A stretch of 64,000 bases of DNA from Flavobacteriales bacterium (lineage in GTDB: Bacteria > Bacteroidota > Bacteroidia > Flavobacteriales_F > PHOS-HE28), in assembly GCA_041747675.1 (NCBI GenBank), contig JBGTES010000008.1:2779-66778 (forward strand), given 5' to 3'. Under the pieces are notes generated by a model that was not told the origin of the DNA, did no database searches, and saw nothing but the letters and a program-made list of their open reading frames with translations. A program made the position numbers and the translations under genes. Positions 17,050 to 25,692 of this stretch are shown here, in pieces. Within the stretch, counting starts at the first letter, position 1. Every line of letters starts with the position of its first letter.

Positions 17050-17550
17050 ATGAGAACCCTGATCAAGCATACTTCAGCCGGCATGCTGGCCCTCCTCACG
17101 GTGGCCTTCATCCTTCTTTTCGCCCTGGTCGCCAAAGCACAGGCTCCCCTCATCATACAAGGTGACATCCTCTCCCCTGAGGAGGTGATCTCCACTGAAG
17201 CGCTCGAACTGATCACCCCGGACGGAGGCACCATGACTTTGCCCCTCAGGAGTGGCAAGCGTTTCAAAGTGGCCATTCACGAAGTTGGGGTCCACTTCCT
17301 GTGTGTTCACAAACCGGGATGCCGCACCAAGGTGGTGGTCATCGATACGCGCCATCATGATAGCCGTCCGGACAGCAAGCCGGTTCGATTCGATGTAGCC
17401 CTGGAACCTGCTGATGCCGTGGTGAATGGCCACGATGTACACCTCGCAGGCAGTGTCCGTTTCCATCGCTCCAATGGAAGGCTCATCGCCGAGCAACTGC
17501 CCTATACTCCTACGGACTTTGCTGTTCTGGTCGCTGCGGACCCACAGTGA
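17050..17550 (+). CDS. Hypothetical secreted protein
   Basis: The ATG at 17050 gives MRTLIKHTSAGMLALLTVAFILLFALVAKAQA (signal or anchor). The remaining composition is protein-like, and I recognise no family. Confidence 0.55.
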   Translation: MRTLIKHTSAGMLALLTVAFILLFALVAKAQAPLIIQGDILSPEEVISTEALELITPDGGTMTLPLRSGKRFKVAIHEVGVHFLCVHKPGCRTKVVVIDTRHHDSRPDSKPVRFDVALEPADAVVNGHDVHLAGSVRFHRSNGRLIAEQLPYTPTDFAVLVAADPQ

Positions 17551-17578
17551 GTCCCGATCGTTTACATTTGCCGCCCCT

Positions 17579-17652
17579 CGGGGTGTAGCGCAGCCCGGTA
17601 GCGCACTTGCATGGGGTGCAAGTGGTCGCTGGTTCGAATCCAGTCACCCCGA
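17579..17652 (+). tRNA. tRNA-Pro (anticodon GGG)
   Basis: Hand-folded cloverleaf: CGGGGTG TA GCGC AGCCCGGTA GCGC A CTTGC ATGGGGT GCAAG TGGTC GCTGG TTCGAAT CCAGT CACCCCG A. The T-loop is canonical and CCA is not encoded. Confidence 0.9.
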
Positions 17653-17660
17653 CCGGTATG

Positions 17661-17684
17661 GAAGGCCGCCAATTGGCGGCCTTC
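17661..17684 (+). terminator. Perfect 10-bp hairpin GAAGGCCGCC-AATT-GGCGGCCTTC downstream of tRNA-Pro
   Basis: Read from the sequence. It starts 9 nt after the tRNA discriminator base. There is no strong T-tract (followed by CCCCATTG). Confidence 0.55.
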
Positions 17685-17698
17685 CCCCATTGCTGCCA

Positions 17699-17953
17699 AT
17701 GAGCGCCCTTTTCTACATCCTCTACTCCGCCTACCTGGACCGCTATTATCTGGGCCACACCACTGAGTCCATGGAGGAGCGACTACGCAAGCACCTGAGC
17801 GGACACAGACGATGGACCGCCCGTACCAAGGACTGGCGCGTGGTACACACCGAGCAGCTGCCCGATAAGAGCGCTGCATACCGGCGGGAGCTCGAAGTGA
17901 AAGGATGGAAGAAGCGTGAACGCATCGAAACCCTGATCGGTGCGGCCCGGTAG
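17699..17953 (+). CDS. GIY-YIG nuclease family protein (small, stand-alone)
   Basis: MSALFYILYSAYLDRYYLGHTTESMEERLRKHLSG...RRELEVKGWKKRERIETLI matches the YILYS...YYLGHT / R...H / E..K.W pattern of short Bacteroidota GIY-YIG proteins. Its stop codon TAG lies inside the D-loop-like GGTAGCGC of the downstream tRNA-like remnant. Confidence 0.8.
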   Translation: MSALFYILYSAYLDRYYLGHTTESMEERLRKHLSGHRRWTARTKDWRVVHTEQLPDKSAAYRRELEVKGWKKRERIETLIGAAR

Positions 17954-18004
17954 CGCATCCCGCCCTGGGGCGGGATGGTCGCTGGTTGGATCCAGTCACC
18001 CCGA
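17936..18004 (+). pseudogene. Degenerate tRNA-Pro-like copy (decayed 5' acceptor, aberrant anticodon arm, 6-nt T-loop)
   Basis: It aligns to the intact tRNA through GCCCGGTAGCGCA ... TGGTCGCTGGTT-GGATCCAGTCACCCCGA. The 5' strand ATCGGTG cannot pair with CACCCCG. The anticodon arm TCCCG-CCCTGGGG-CGGGA has an 8-nt loop, and the T-loop has lost one base (TTGGAT versus TTCGAAT). Confidence 0.6.
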
Positions 18005-18012
18005 CCGGTATG

Positions 18013-18036
18013 GAAGGCCGCCAATTGGCGGCCTTC
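18013..18036 (+). terminator. Second identical copy of the hairpin GAAGGCCGCC-AATT-GGCGGCCTTC
   Basis: Read from the sequence. It belongs to the 60-nt direct repeat 17977..18036, which matches 17624..17684. Confidence 0.55.
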
Positions 18037-18195
18037 TGCTTTCCCACCCCTGACACTCTGGTGAAGCCCCGTCCTACCTGGGCACATGCGTGCGTGTGAA
18101 GGTTCTCGTGACGAGCGCTCGTGCCCATATGCGCCCGGGTCATCCAGATGCGGTGCTGCTCCCATGCGCTCCCATACCTTCGCGGCCGCTCCGGC

Positions 18196-20100
18196 ATGAC
18201 GAAATTTCTTCTCACCCACCCGATCGCGGGCATAGCCACGATCGCCCTGTTCGCCGCTTCCTGTACCACCGAGGGTACCGGTGAAGTCGCACTGGGCCAC
18301 TCCGATCACCCCATGGACCACCACAGCAACGCCCGTCCATCCGAGGCCTCGATCACCCATCTCGACCTGGATATCACCGTGGATATGGATGCGCGCCGGA
18401 TAGAGGGTTCAGCGAGCTATGATGTGGTCCGCCCGGGGCGTGCAGGTAGGATCATATTCGACACCGAGGGCTTGGAGATCTTGGGGGTCACGATCGATGG
18501 GGTCGGAGAGGCGGCTTACCGACTGGGTCCGAAAAGCTTCCTGGGCCAGGCTTTGGAGGTGGATCTGCCCCCGGAGGCCGAACGCGTGCGGATCGACTAT
18601 CGCACCGGTCCCGATGCAAAGGCCCTGCAGTGGTTGGCGCCACATCAGACCGCCGGCGGCAATGCCCCTTTCCTTTTCACACAAGGCCAGGCCATCCTCA
18701 CCCGCACCTGGATCCCCGTGCAGGACAGCCCTGGCATCCGCTTTACTTACACCGCCAAGGTGCGTGTGCCCACCGGTCTGTTGGCGCTTATGAGCGCGGA
18801 GAATCCGCAGCGGATAAGCGCGGATGGCCAATACACCTTCCGCATGGACCAACCCATCCCGGCCTATCTCATCGCCCTGGCAGTAGGCGACCTGGAGTTC
18901 CGCGGACTCGGTGCACGTACAGGGGTCTATGCCGAGCCATCGGTGGTGGAAAAGGCCGCCTGGGAGTTCGCCGATACCGAACGCATGCTTGAAGTCAGCG
19001 AGGATCTGTATGGCCCGTACCGTTGGGAACGATACGACGTGATCGTACTACCCCCAAGTTTCCCCTTCGGTGGCATGGAGAACCCGCGTCTCACCTTCGC
19101 CACACCGACCATCATCGCGGGCGACCGTTCCCTCACGGCGCTCATCGCACATGAGATGGCCCATAGCTGGAGTGGCAACCTCGTGACCAATGCCACATGG
19201 GATGACTTCTGGCTGAATGAAGGTTTCACGGTCTATTTCGAGAACCGGATATGCGAGGCCGTGTATGGCCAGGACTACGCGCATATGCACCATCTATTGG
19301 GTCATCAGGATCTGGAAGCCACCGTTGCACGTCTCAAAGCCAAAGGCCAAACGGCCGATACCCATCTACGCCTGGATCTTACCGGCCGCGATCCGGATGA
19401 AGGTCTGACCGACGTCGCCTATGAGAAGGGCTTTGCGTTCCTGCGCGCGATCGAGGAGCGCGTGGGAAGGGAGGTGTTCGACGGATTCCTGCGCGACTAC
19501 TTCGATCGGTTCGCCTTTCAGAGCATGACCACCGATCGCTTCCTGGATCACCTGCGCATCAACCTGTTGGAGCCACATGGAGTAACGATGGATGTGGCCG
19601 CATGGGTGGATGGCCCCGGGATCCCGGCGGATGCTGTGGTTCCGGTGTCCGACCGTTTCATCAAGGTGGAGGCCGAGATGGAAAGATGGATGGCCGGTGC
19701 ACCAGCGCGCGATCTGATCACCACAGAATGGACCACGCATGAGTGGCTGCATTTCCTGCGTGCGTTGCAGCCCGGTATTGGTGCGGCGCGCCTGGCCGAA
19801 TTGGATCAGGCCTTCCAGTTCACCGCTTCGGGCAATTCAGAGATCCTCGCCGTATGGCTTGATCAAAGCATCGCCAACGACTATGGTGTTGCCTACGAGC
19901 GCCTGGATCAGTTCCTCACCACCGTGGGACGCCGTAAATTCCTCGTACCACTTTACCAGCGTCTGCTGGAGACGGAGAAGGGCCGCATCATGGCCCAAAC
20001 GATCTACCGCAATGCGCGGCCCAACTACCACAGCGTGTCGGTACGCACCATCGACGAACTGCTGGCCTGGAAGGACACGAGCCCTCCCGTGGATTTCTGA
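18196..20100 (+). CDS. M1-family zinc aminopeptidase (leukotriene A4 hydrolase-like), lipoprotein
   Basis: Start MTKFLLTHPIAGIATIALFAASCTTE (lipobox). The exopeptidase motif GGMENP is present. The zinc site is HEMAHSWSGNLVTNATWDDFWLNEGFTVY (HEXXH-X18-E). Confidence 0.9.
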   Translation: MTKFLLTHPIAGIATIALFAASCTTEGTGEVALGHSDHPMDHHSNARPSEASITHLDLDITVDMDARRIEGSASYDVVRPGRAGRIIFDTEGLEILGVTIDGVGEAAYRLGPKSFLGQALEVDLPPEAERVRIDYRTGPDAKALQWLAPHQTAGGNAPFLFTQGQAILTRTWIPVQDSPGIRFTYTAKVRVPTGLLALMSAENPQRISADGQYTFRMDQPIPAYLIALAVGDLEFRGLGARTGVYAEPSVVEKAAWEFADTERMLEVSEDLYGPYRWERYDVIVLPPSFPFGGMENPRLTFATPTIIAGDRSLTALIAHEMAHSWSGNLVTNATWDDFWLNEGFTVYFENRICEAVYGQDYAHMHHLLGHQDLEATVARLKAKGQTADTHLRLDLTGRDPDEGLTDVAYEKGFAFLRAIEERVGREVFDGFLRDYFDRFAFQSMTTDRFLDHLRINLLEPHGVTMDVAAWVDGPGIPADAVVPVSDRFIKVEAEMERWMAGAPARDLITTEWTTHEWLHFLRALQPGIGAARLAELDQAFQFTASGNSEILAVWLDQSIANDYGVAYERLDQFLTTVGRRKFLVPLYQRLLETEKGRIMAQTIYRNARPNYHSVSVRTIDELLAWKDTSPPVDF

Positions 20101-20163
20101 CGCAGATGGCCAGGCAGATATCTGGCAGTGCGGCCGGATCAGCGATGATCGCTCACCGTGGGA

Positions 20164-20979
20164 TCAGCGTGCTATCACGATCTGTTGCACAGCGAACTGA
20201 CCATCTTCACTGCGCAGGGTGAGCAGGTACCGGCCATTCGGGAGCCCTTCCAGGTCCATCACTGCGGACGCGCTGCTCATGCTGAGGTGTTCGTTATGCA
20301 CGATACGGCCCGCAGCATCCGTCACCTCGGCCAGCAGGGTGCCCTGCATGTAAGAAGTGCGAACCACCTGAAGTGAGCCATTGGTCGGCACCGGGAAAAC
20401 GCGCAGATCTTGCAACGCCCGGTGGTCTTCCATGTCCACGGTAAGGCATGGCATCGGCTGGATATCGCTCTCCGGGGGGAAGGCGTTCAAGAAATTCTGG
20501 ATCGTGTACACGGGCCAGATGGCGTTGTTGTGGACCACATTGTCCGGCCGGATGAGCGCGTAGGTGGGGTAGGTGTACACTCCCAGGGTCCACGCGATCT
20601 GTGCGCTTCCTGCTTCATTGATGGCGGGGGGTTGCTGGTAGGGCCCGCCGTGGAGTGCGCCGAACTGCGCGATCTGCCAGTCCATGTCGATGCCGGCGTT
20701 GACGCGCAGCACCACCAGGTCGCCGCTGTTGCAGCCATAGGTCTCGTACAGTTCCGCCACTTTCGGAGCCGTCTGTTCGCAGGGAATGCAACCCACGAAC
20801 CAGAAAGCCAGCAGCAGATGCTTCCCTTGCGCGGTATAGTTGTACAGGTCATGCTGGACTCCATCCACATCCGTCACTGTGAAGTTGGGGATGACGCTGC
20901 CGTTGGGATAGTTGCTGGTCTGACCCACCATCAAGGAGGCGGAAGCCATAAAGGCGATCGCGTACAAGTATTTGCTCAT
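20164..20979 (-). CDS. TlpA/AhpC-like thioredoxin-fold protein fused to a T9SS C-terminal sorting domain
   Basis: Signal is MSKYLYAIAFMASASLMVGQ. The redoxin block is PNFTVTDVDGVQHDLYNYTAQGKHLLLAFWFVGCIPCEQTAPKVAELY (CxxC = CIPC). The C-terminal CTD-like segment reads VFPVPTNGSLQVV...GRYLLTLRSEDGQFAVQQIVIAR. Confidence 0.8.
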   Translation of the reverse strand: MSKYLYAIAFMASASLMVGQTSNYPNGSVIPNFTVTDVDGVQHDLYNYTAQGKHLLLAFWFVGCIPCEQTAPKVAELYETYGCNSGDLVVLRVNAGIDMDWQIAQFGALHGGPYQQPPAINEAGSAQIAWTLGVYTYPTYALIRPDNVVHNNAIWPVYTIQNFLNAFPPESDIQPMPCLTVDMEDHRALQDLRVFPVPTNGSLQVVRTSYMQGTLLAEVTDAAGRIVHNEHLSMSSASAVMDLEGLPNGRYLLTLRSEDGQFAVQQIVIAR

Positions 20980-21122
20980 GGCTGCTTGCGTGTATGGTCC
21001 TTGACATCAGGACGCGTAAGGCATTTGGGTCGCTGCCCGAACATGGCCGTCATCTCTGCTTATCATATCCAACAAAGGGGTGGTGCGCTTTGTGCTGGCA
21101 TTCTCCTTCGCGGGGCGGATAA

Positions 21123-21154
21123 GCGAAGGCCCCTGGACATCGGTGGGCCTTCGC
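21123..21154 (-). terminator. 10-bp GC-rich hairpin (GCGAAGGCCC-N12-GGGCCTTCGC) just downstream of the esterase stop
   Basis: Read from the sequence. It lies 17 nt 3' of the stop at 21171 on the minus strand. The T-tract is weak. Confidence 0.4.
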
Positions 21155-21170
21155 CAGGGGTAGGGGCCGA

Positions 21171-21806
21171 TCAGCTATTGAGCAGGCGACCCAGCAACAC
21201 GGGTTCCAATTCATGCGCGCCTTCAAAGCGATGTACCACATGTCCGACCCCGGCAGCGGTCAGGCGGTTGCGCTGGTTTTGCAACTCGGCTTCACCGGCG
21301 AAGGGATCCCGCGTGCCCAGCACCACATCGATGCGGATGTTCGCCCATCGCTCGCGCAACTGTCCAGCGGATGGTTCGGGAGGAAGTCCACCAGCCCAGA
21401 GGACCAGCCGGGTGATCTCTGTACGGCCCAACAAGCTCCAACGGCAGGCGGTGGCCACGCCCTGCGAGAAACCCAGCACGTGCACCGGCAACTTGCCTCG
21501 TTCGCTGTGCATCATTTCCACGAGCGTGTCCAGGTACCCCACCTGGTCCTGGATCTCATTTTCACGGTCCTCGCGTGTCATCCAAGTGGCACCTACACGT
21601 TGGTGGACCTCATCGAGGTAGAAGCGATTCATTCCTTCAGGGGCAACGATCAGCAGGGCCTTTTCGAGGCCCTCGAACTTCGAAAGGAAGTAGCGCGCGA
21701 GCTGACCGTAACCATGTAGTACGATCCAAAGGGCGCGTGCCTGATCCGCATCGCCAAGCACATGATACCGGGCGGTGCGTTGCACACGGATGAAGCGTTC
21801 CTCCAT
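21171..21806 (-). CDS. Alpha/beta hydrolase (phospholipase/carboxylesterase-type esterase)
   Basis: WIVLHGYGQ (oxyanion region), nucleophile elbow GFSQG and a C-terminal FEGAHE (His) are present. Length is about 210 aa. Confidence 0.75.
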   Translation of the reverse strand: MEERFIRVQRTARYHVLGDADQARALWIVLHGYGQLARYFLSKFEGLEKALLIVAPEGMNRFYLDEVHQRVGATWMTREDRENEIQDQVGYLDTLVEMMHSERGKLPVHVLGFSQGVATACRWSLLGRTEITRLVLWAGGLPPEPSAGQLRERWANIRIDVVLGTRDPFAGEAELQNQRNRLTAAGVGHVVHRFEGAHELEPVLLGRLLNS

Positions 21807-21814
21807 CGGTCCGA

Positions 21815-23959
21815 TCAGTAGCCGAGCAGTTCACGCAATACGACTTCCACTTTCTCCGCACTGGGGATCATGGTGGCCTCCAGCGTGCTGTTCAGCGGAA
21901 TGGCGGGCATGTCCACCGATCCGATCGTGCGCACCGGCGCATCGAGTTGTTCGAAACAGGCGTCGCTGATCCGGCCGGCAAGTGCCTGCGCGAAGCTGTT
22001 CGTGAGCTGTTCCTCGGTGACCACCAGGCAGCGGCCGTGGGCGCGCACCTGTTCCATCACGGTCTCCTCGTCCAGCGGCACCAGGGTGCGCAGGTCGATG
22101 ATGGTGACACGCCCGGGGAATGCCATGGCAGCGCCCCTGGCCCAATACACCCCCATGCCGTATGTGATGATCACCGCTGCCTCACCTTTCCCGACAAGGT
22201 CTGGATCGGCTTCAAGTACCATGCGCGCCTTGCCGAATGGGATGATGTAATCGGCACTGGGTTCAATGGTCTTCGCATCTTCAGTGCCCTTGATCTTGCT
22301 CCAGTAGAGGCCTTTGTGCTCCAGCATCACCACGGGATTGGGATCGTGGTATGCGGCCTTCATCAGGCCCTTCAGGTCGGCACCGGTGCTGGGGTAGGCG
22401 ATCTTGATGCCCTTGATGTTGCACAGCACACTTTCCACGCTGCTGCTGTGGTATGGGCCGCCGCTCCCATATGCACCAATGGGCACACGGATGATGCAGG
22501 ACACAGGCCACTTGCCCATGCTGAGATAACAGCTGCGTGCCACCTCGGTGAAGAGCTGGTTGAGGCCCGGCCAGATGTAATCGGCGAACTGGACTTCCAC
22601 GATTGGCTTCAAACCGGCGGCACTCATACCTACGGTGCTGCCAATGATGAAAGCCTCCTGGATCGGGGTGTTGAATACACGGTGGTCGCCGAAATCGCGC
22701 GCCAGTGTGGCGGCCTCACGGAATACCCCGCCAAGGCGTGCGCCCACATCCTGTCCGTACAGAAGGCAGCGCGGATCTTCCTGCATCAACTCGCGGATGG
22801 CGAAGAGCGCGCTGTCCACCATTACGGTGGGTTGGCGATCCGCCGGGGCACGCTCGCCCTTCTCTTCGGTGACCGGAGTGGGTGCGAAGGCGTGGGTGGT
22901 GAGATCCTCCGGCGTGGGATCGTCGGCAGCGCGGGCACGTTCGAAGTCGGCGCGTACGCGGGCATCCGCTTCGGTCTCGATGCGGTCCAGCTCGGCGGGC
23001 TTGATGCGCATGTCCAGCAATTGCTTTCGGAAGCGGGGCCAGGGATCGCGCTCACGATGCTGTGCAAGGTCCTCCTCGCTGCGGTAGAATTCCATGCGCA
23101 CCCCGCTGGTATGATGGTTCAGAAGGGGCACCCTGGCGTGTACAAGGAACGGCCGCCGTTCGGCACGGACCGTGGCGATCACCTCTGCCAGCGTAGTGTA
23201 GCAGGTGGTGAAGTCGCTGCCATCGATGCTGCGTGTTTCCAATCCCTTGAAGCCCTTCGCGTACTCCGATGCGTCGGCCACGCGGATCTCATTGGCACTG
23301 GCGCTGATGTCCCACTCGTTATCCTGCACGAGATAGATGATGGGCAGCTTCTTTAGCACGGCCATCTGGAATGCTTCGGCCACTTCACCCTCCGTGATGG
23401 ATGCATCGCCCAGCGAGCAGACCACCACCGGCATTCCCGAGGATCGAGGACCCTCGGAAATGCCGTCGTGCGCGATCCCCGCCTGTTCCTTATACCACAG
23501 GCCCAGCGCGATGCCTGTGGTGGGAATGGCCTGCATGCCCGTTGCGCTGCTCTGGTGCGGGATCTTGGGCATATCGTCGCGACGCAGGCTCGGATGGCCG
23601 TAGTAAGTGCGTCCGCCGCTGAACGGGTCGTCGCGCTTGGCCATCAGTTGCAGCATCAACTCATAAGGCTCCATGCCGATGCCGAGCAGGATGCTGTCAT
23701 CCCGGTAATAGGGCGCCACGTAGTCCTGGGGTTCCAGTTGAAGGCCCAGTGCAAGTTGGATGGCCTCGTGGCCCCGGCTGGTGGCATGCACATACCTGGC
23801 GGTGAATTTGGCGTGCTCCTCATACACCGTGGTCATCGCCCTGGCGGTGCACATCAGTTCCCAGGCCTTCAGCAGGGTATCCACGCGCAATGCGTTCTTC
23901 ACGTCCTTTTCGGGTGCTGTGATGGGCATGTTCGCAGGCGCGGAATGTTGGGCACGCAA
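21815..23959 (-). CDS. Fused 2-oxoacid (branched-chain/pyruvate-type) dehydrogenase E1 component, alpha+beta subunits
   Basis: The N-terminal half carries the TPP-binding E1-alpha motifs (GDASITEGEVAEAFQMA, YLVQDNEWDIS). The C-terminal half is E1-beta/transketolase-like (FNTPIQEAFIIGSTVGMSAAGLKPIVEVQFADYIWP). An alternative ATG at 23929 (MPITAPEKD) is possible. Confidence 0.88.
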   Translation of the reverse strand: MRAQHSAPANMPITAPEKDVKNALRVDTLLKAWELMCTARAMTTVYEEHAKFTARYVHATSRGHEAIQLALGLQLEPQDYVAPYYRDDSILLGIGMEPYELMLQLMAKRDDPFSGGRTYYGHPSLRRDDMPKIPHQSSATGMQAIPTTGIALGLWYKEQAGIAHDGISEGPRSSGMPVVVCSLGDASITEGEVAEAFQMAVLKKLPIIYLVQDNEWDISASANEIRVADASEYAKGFKGLETRSIDGSDFTTCYTTLAEVIATVRAERRPFLVHARVPLLNHHTSGVRMEFYRSEEDLAQHRERDPWPRFRKQLLDMRIKPAELDRIETEADARVRADFERARAADDPTPEDLTTHAFAPTPVTEEKGERAPADRQPTVMVDSALFAIRELMQEDPRCLLYGQDVGARLGGVFREAATLARDFGDHRVFNTPIQEAFIIGSTVGMSAAGLKPIVEVQFADYIWPGLNQLFTEVARSCYLSMGKWPVSCIIRVPIGAYGSGGPYHSSSVESVLCNIKGIKIAYPSTGADLKGLMKAAYHDPNPVVMLEHKGLYWSKIKGTEDAKTIEPSADYIIPFGKARMVLEADPDLVGKGEAAVIITYGMGVYWARGAAMAFPGRVTIIDLRTLVPLDEETVMEQVRAHGRCLVVTEEQLTNSFAQALAGRISDACFEQLDAPVRTIGSVDMPAIPLNSTLEATMIPSAEKVEVVLRELLGY

Positions 23960-23982
23960 GATACACGTCGTCCCCGGAGGCC

Positions 23983-24759
23983 TCAGCGTCCCAGCTGGGC
24001 CTCAATGCGGCGCATCAGGCTGTCGCCATGGGCGATCTCGTCCTTCAGCCGCTGTACGATCCGTTGCTTGTGCATATGGCCATGTTCCATCAGATTTCTC
24101 CATTCCAGATCGGCCATCAGCCGCTCGAACTCCACCATGTTCGCATCCAGCAGGAACAGTTGGCGTTCCAGCACTGGGAACATCCGGTCCAGCACCATGT
24201 GCTTGTCGATGCTGGCCATCTCGCGCAGCATGAAATAACGCTGTTCATACAGGTTGAAAATATCCTTCAGGAGCGCGTCATCGCGAATGAGCGCCGCGGA
24301 TCGCGTGGCACGCATGGCTTGGTAGGTCACCTCCTGGAAGGGGGCCGTGAAATAGGAAAGGGGTGGACCAAGGTATTGGAGGAGGGAATCCTCGGGAATG
24401 GGGTATTGGGAGTGGGTTTTCAAACGTTCGGACCGTGCCAGGATCCACTCCAGGTCGTGAAGTTCGATGCTCATGGCCAGGGAATCCTGCCGTAAGTCGT
24501 CCCGCAGGTCATGCAACAGCTGTTGCTCATCCTGTTGGTCCTGCCGGTCCTGTCGCCATTCATTCAGCAGGAAGCTGACCATGATGCCGGCCACGATCAC
24601 GAAGAACTCCACCGCGTGCCGTTGCCAGTGGATACCGTGTTTTCGTGGCGGGCGGGGTCTGCCTTCACGTTGGAGCTGTGGCTGGCGTGAAGCGCCCGCA
24701 CTTTGCGGCTTGCGCCGTCGTGGGCGGCGATCGTCGTTGGGTTTCCGTTCGTCCATCAT
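23983..24759 (-). CDS. Hypothetical membrane-anchored protein (basic N-terminus, one TM, helical C-terminal part)
   Basis: An Arg-rich N-terminus is followed by the TM segment AVEFFVIVAGIMVSFLL and then NEWRQDRQDQQDEQQLLHDLRDDL. This arrangement resembles the N-terminal TM + NxW layout of small Flavobacteria DUF proteins. The family name is not certain. Confidence 0.55.
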   Translation of the reverse strand: MMDERKPNDDRRPRRRKPQSAGASRQPQLQREGRPRPPRKHGIHWQRHAVEFFVIVAGIMVSFLLNEWRQDRQDQQDEQQLLHDLRDDLRQDSLAMSIELHDLEWILARSERLKTHSQYPIPEDSLLQYLGPPLSYFTAPFQEVTYQAMRATRSAALIRDDALLKDIFNLYEQRYFMLREMASIDKHMVLDRMFPVLERQLFLLDANMVEFERLMADLEWRNLMEHGHMHKQRIVQRLKDEIAHGDSLMRRIEAQLGR

Positions 24760-24890
24760 TTGTGCTTTTCATCGCCCGATCATTGCTGGGTCCTCACCTG
24801 GGGGCAAGTTTACCGAACCTCCATGGACCGCCGTACCGGATCCACACGCGGCGAGGTCCACCGACTACTTTCGCGCTCCCGTTGAGCGCC

Positions 24891-25655
24891 ATGCGAGGTC
24901 TGTGCACCGCCCTACTTTGCTGCATAGTCGTGCATCATGGCATGGCCCAGGCAGCGGCCAAGCGGATCACCCATCAGCAGCTGGTATGGTTCGCTTATTT
25001 CAACCGGGTGGACCTCGGCCCGAATTGGTATCTGGTCTCAGAGCTGCAGGAGCGCCGTTTCGCATTCCCAGACCGGCAGCACCAGTTCGTCACACGAGCA
25101 CACCTCCACAGGGTCTTGGCGGAAGGGTGGGACGTTTCCGCGGGGTTCACGTACTTCCTGCAAAGTCCGCAAGATCCGCGATCACCATCTTCGCTGGTGG
25201 TGCCCGAGCTGCGCCCACATGTGCAGGTGGACGGCCGAAGCAAGTTGCATCCGCGATGGGAACTCTTGCATCGTTACCGCCTGGAAAAGCGCTTCTTCCG
25301 TAATGTTGAGGGAGGGGAATTGTCGCCGGGGTATGATGGCTGGTTCCGTACCCGCTACCGGATCGGTGTGCAGTTCAAGCTATGGAACAAGGACGAGCGC
25401 AGTCTCAAGGCCGTGATCAGCGACGAGATCCACTTCAACTTCGGATCACGCGTGTTGATGAACAGCTTCGACCAGAACAGGTACTATGCGGGCGTGGTCT
25501 ATGGCTTCACCAAGGAGATCAACTTGGGCCTGGGCTACCTGAACTGGTTCCAACAGCGTTCGACCGGTGTGGACTATTATGACCGGGATATCATGCGTTT
25601 CATTGTGGAACACCGCATGGGCCGCACTAGTCCGAAGGCGAAGCCCGAAGGTTGA
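24891..25655 (+). CDS. DUF2490-like outer-membrane protein
   Basis: The ATG at 24891 gives MRGLCTALLCCIVVHHGMAQA (signal). Alternating beta-strand-like segments are rich in aromatics (WFAYFNRVDL, WYLVSELQERRF, YRIGVQFKLW, YYAGVVYGF). Confidence 0.55.
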   Translation: MRGLCTALLCCIVVHHGMAQAAAKRITHQQLVWFAYFNRVDLGPNWYLVSELQERRFAFPDRQHQFVTRAHLHRVLAEGWDVSAGFTYFLQSPQDPRSPSSLVVPELRPHVQVDGRSKLHPRWELLHRYRLEKRFFRNVEGGELSPGYDGWFRTRYRIGVQFKLWNKDERSLKAVISDEIHFNFGSRVLMNSFDQNRYYAGVVYGFTKEINLGLGYLNWFQQRSTGVDYYDRDIMRFIVEHRMGRTSPKAKPEG

Positions 25656-25692
25656 GGGGTCACCCAGGGGTCGATCGGCTGCTGCGCCCTGG

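Noticed and set aside
17936-18004. Could the second tRNA-Pro-like sequence be a functional tRNA (for example Pro-TGG)?
   Set aside because: The 5' strand (ATCGGTG) cannot pair with the 3' acceptor CACCCCG. The D-stem is incomplete, the anticodon loop has 8 nt in the best fold, and the T-loop is 6 nt (TTGGAT) without the TTCGAAT consensus. I therefore treat it as a decayed copy.
21815-23959. Is the fused E1 alpha/beta 2-oxoacid dehydrogenase a novel fusion?
   Set aside because: To my knowledge this single-polypeptide E1 architecture is common in Bacteroidota, so it is not novel.
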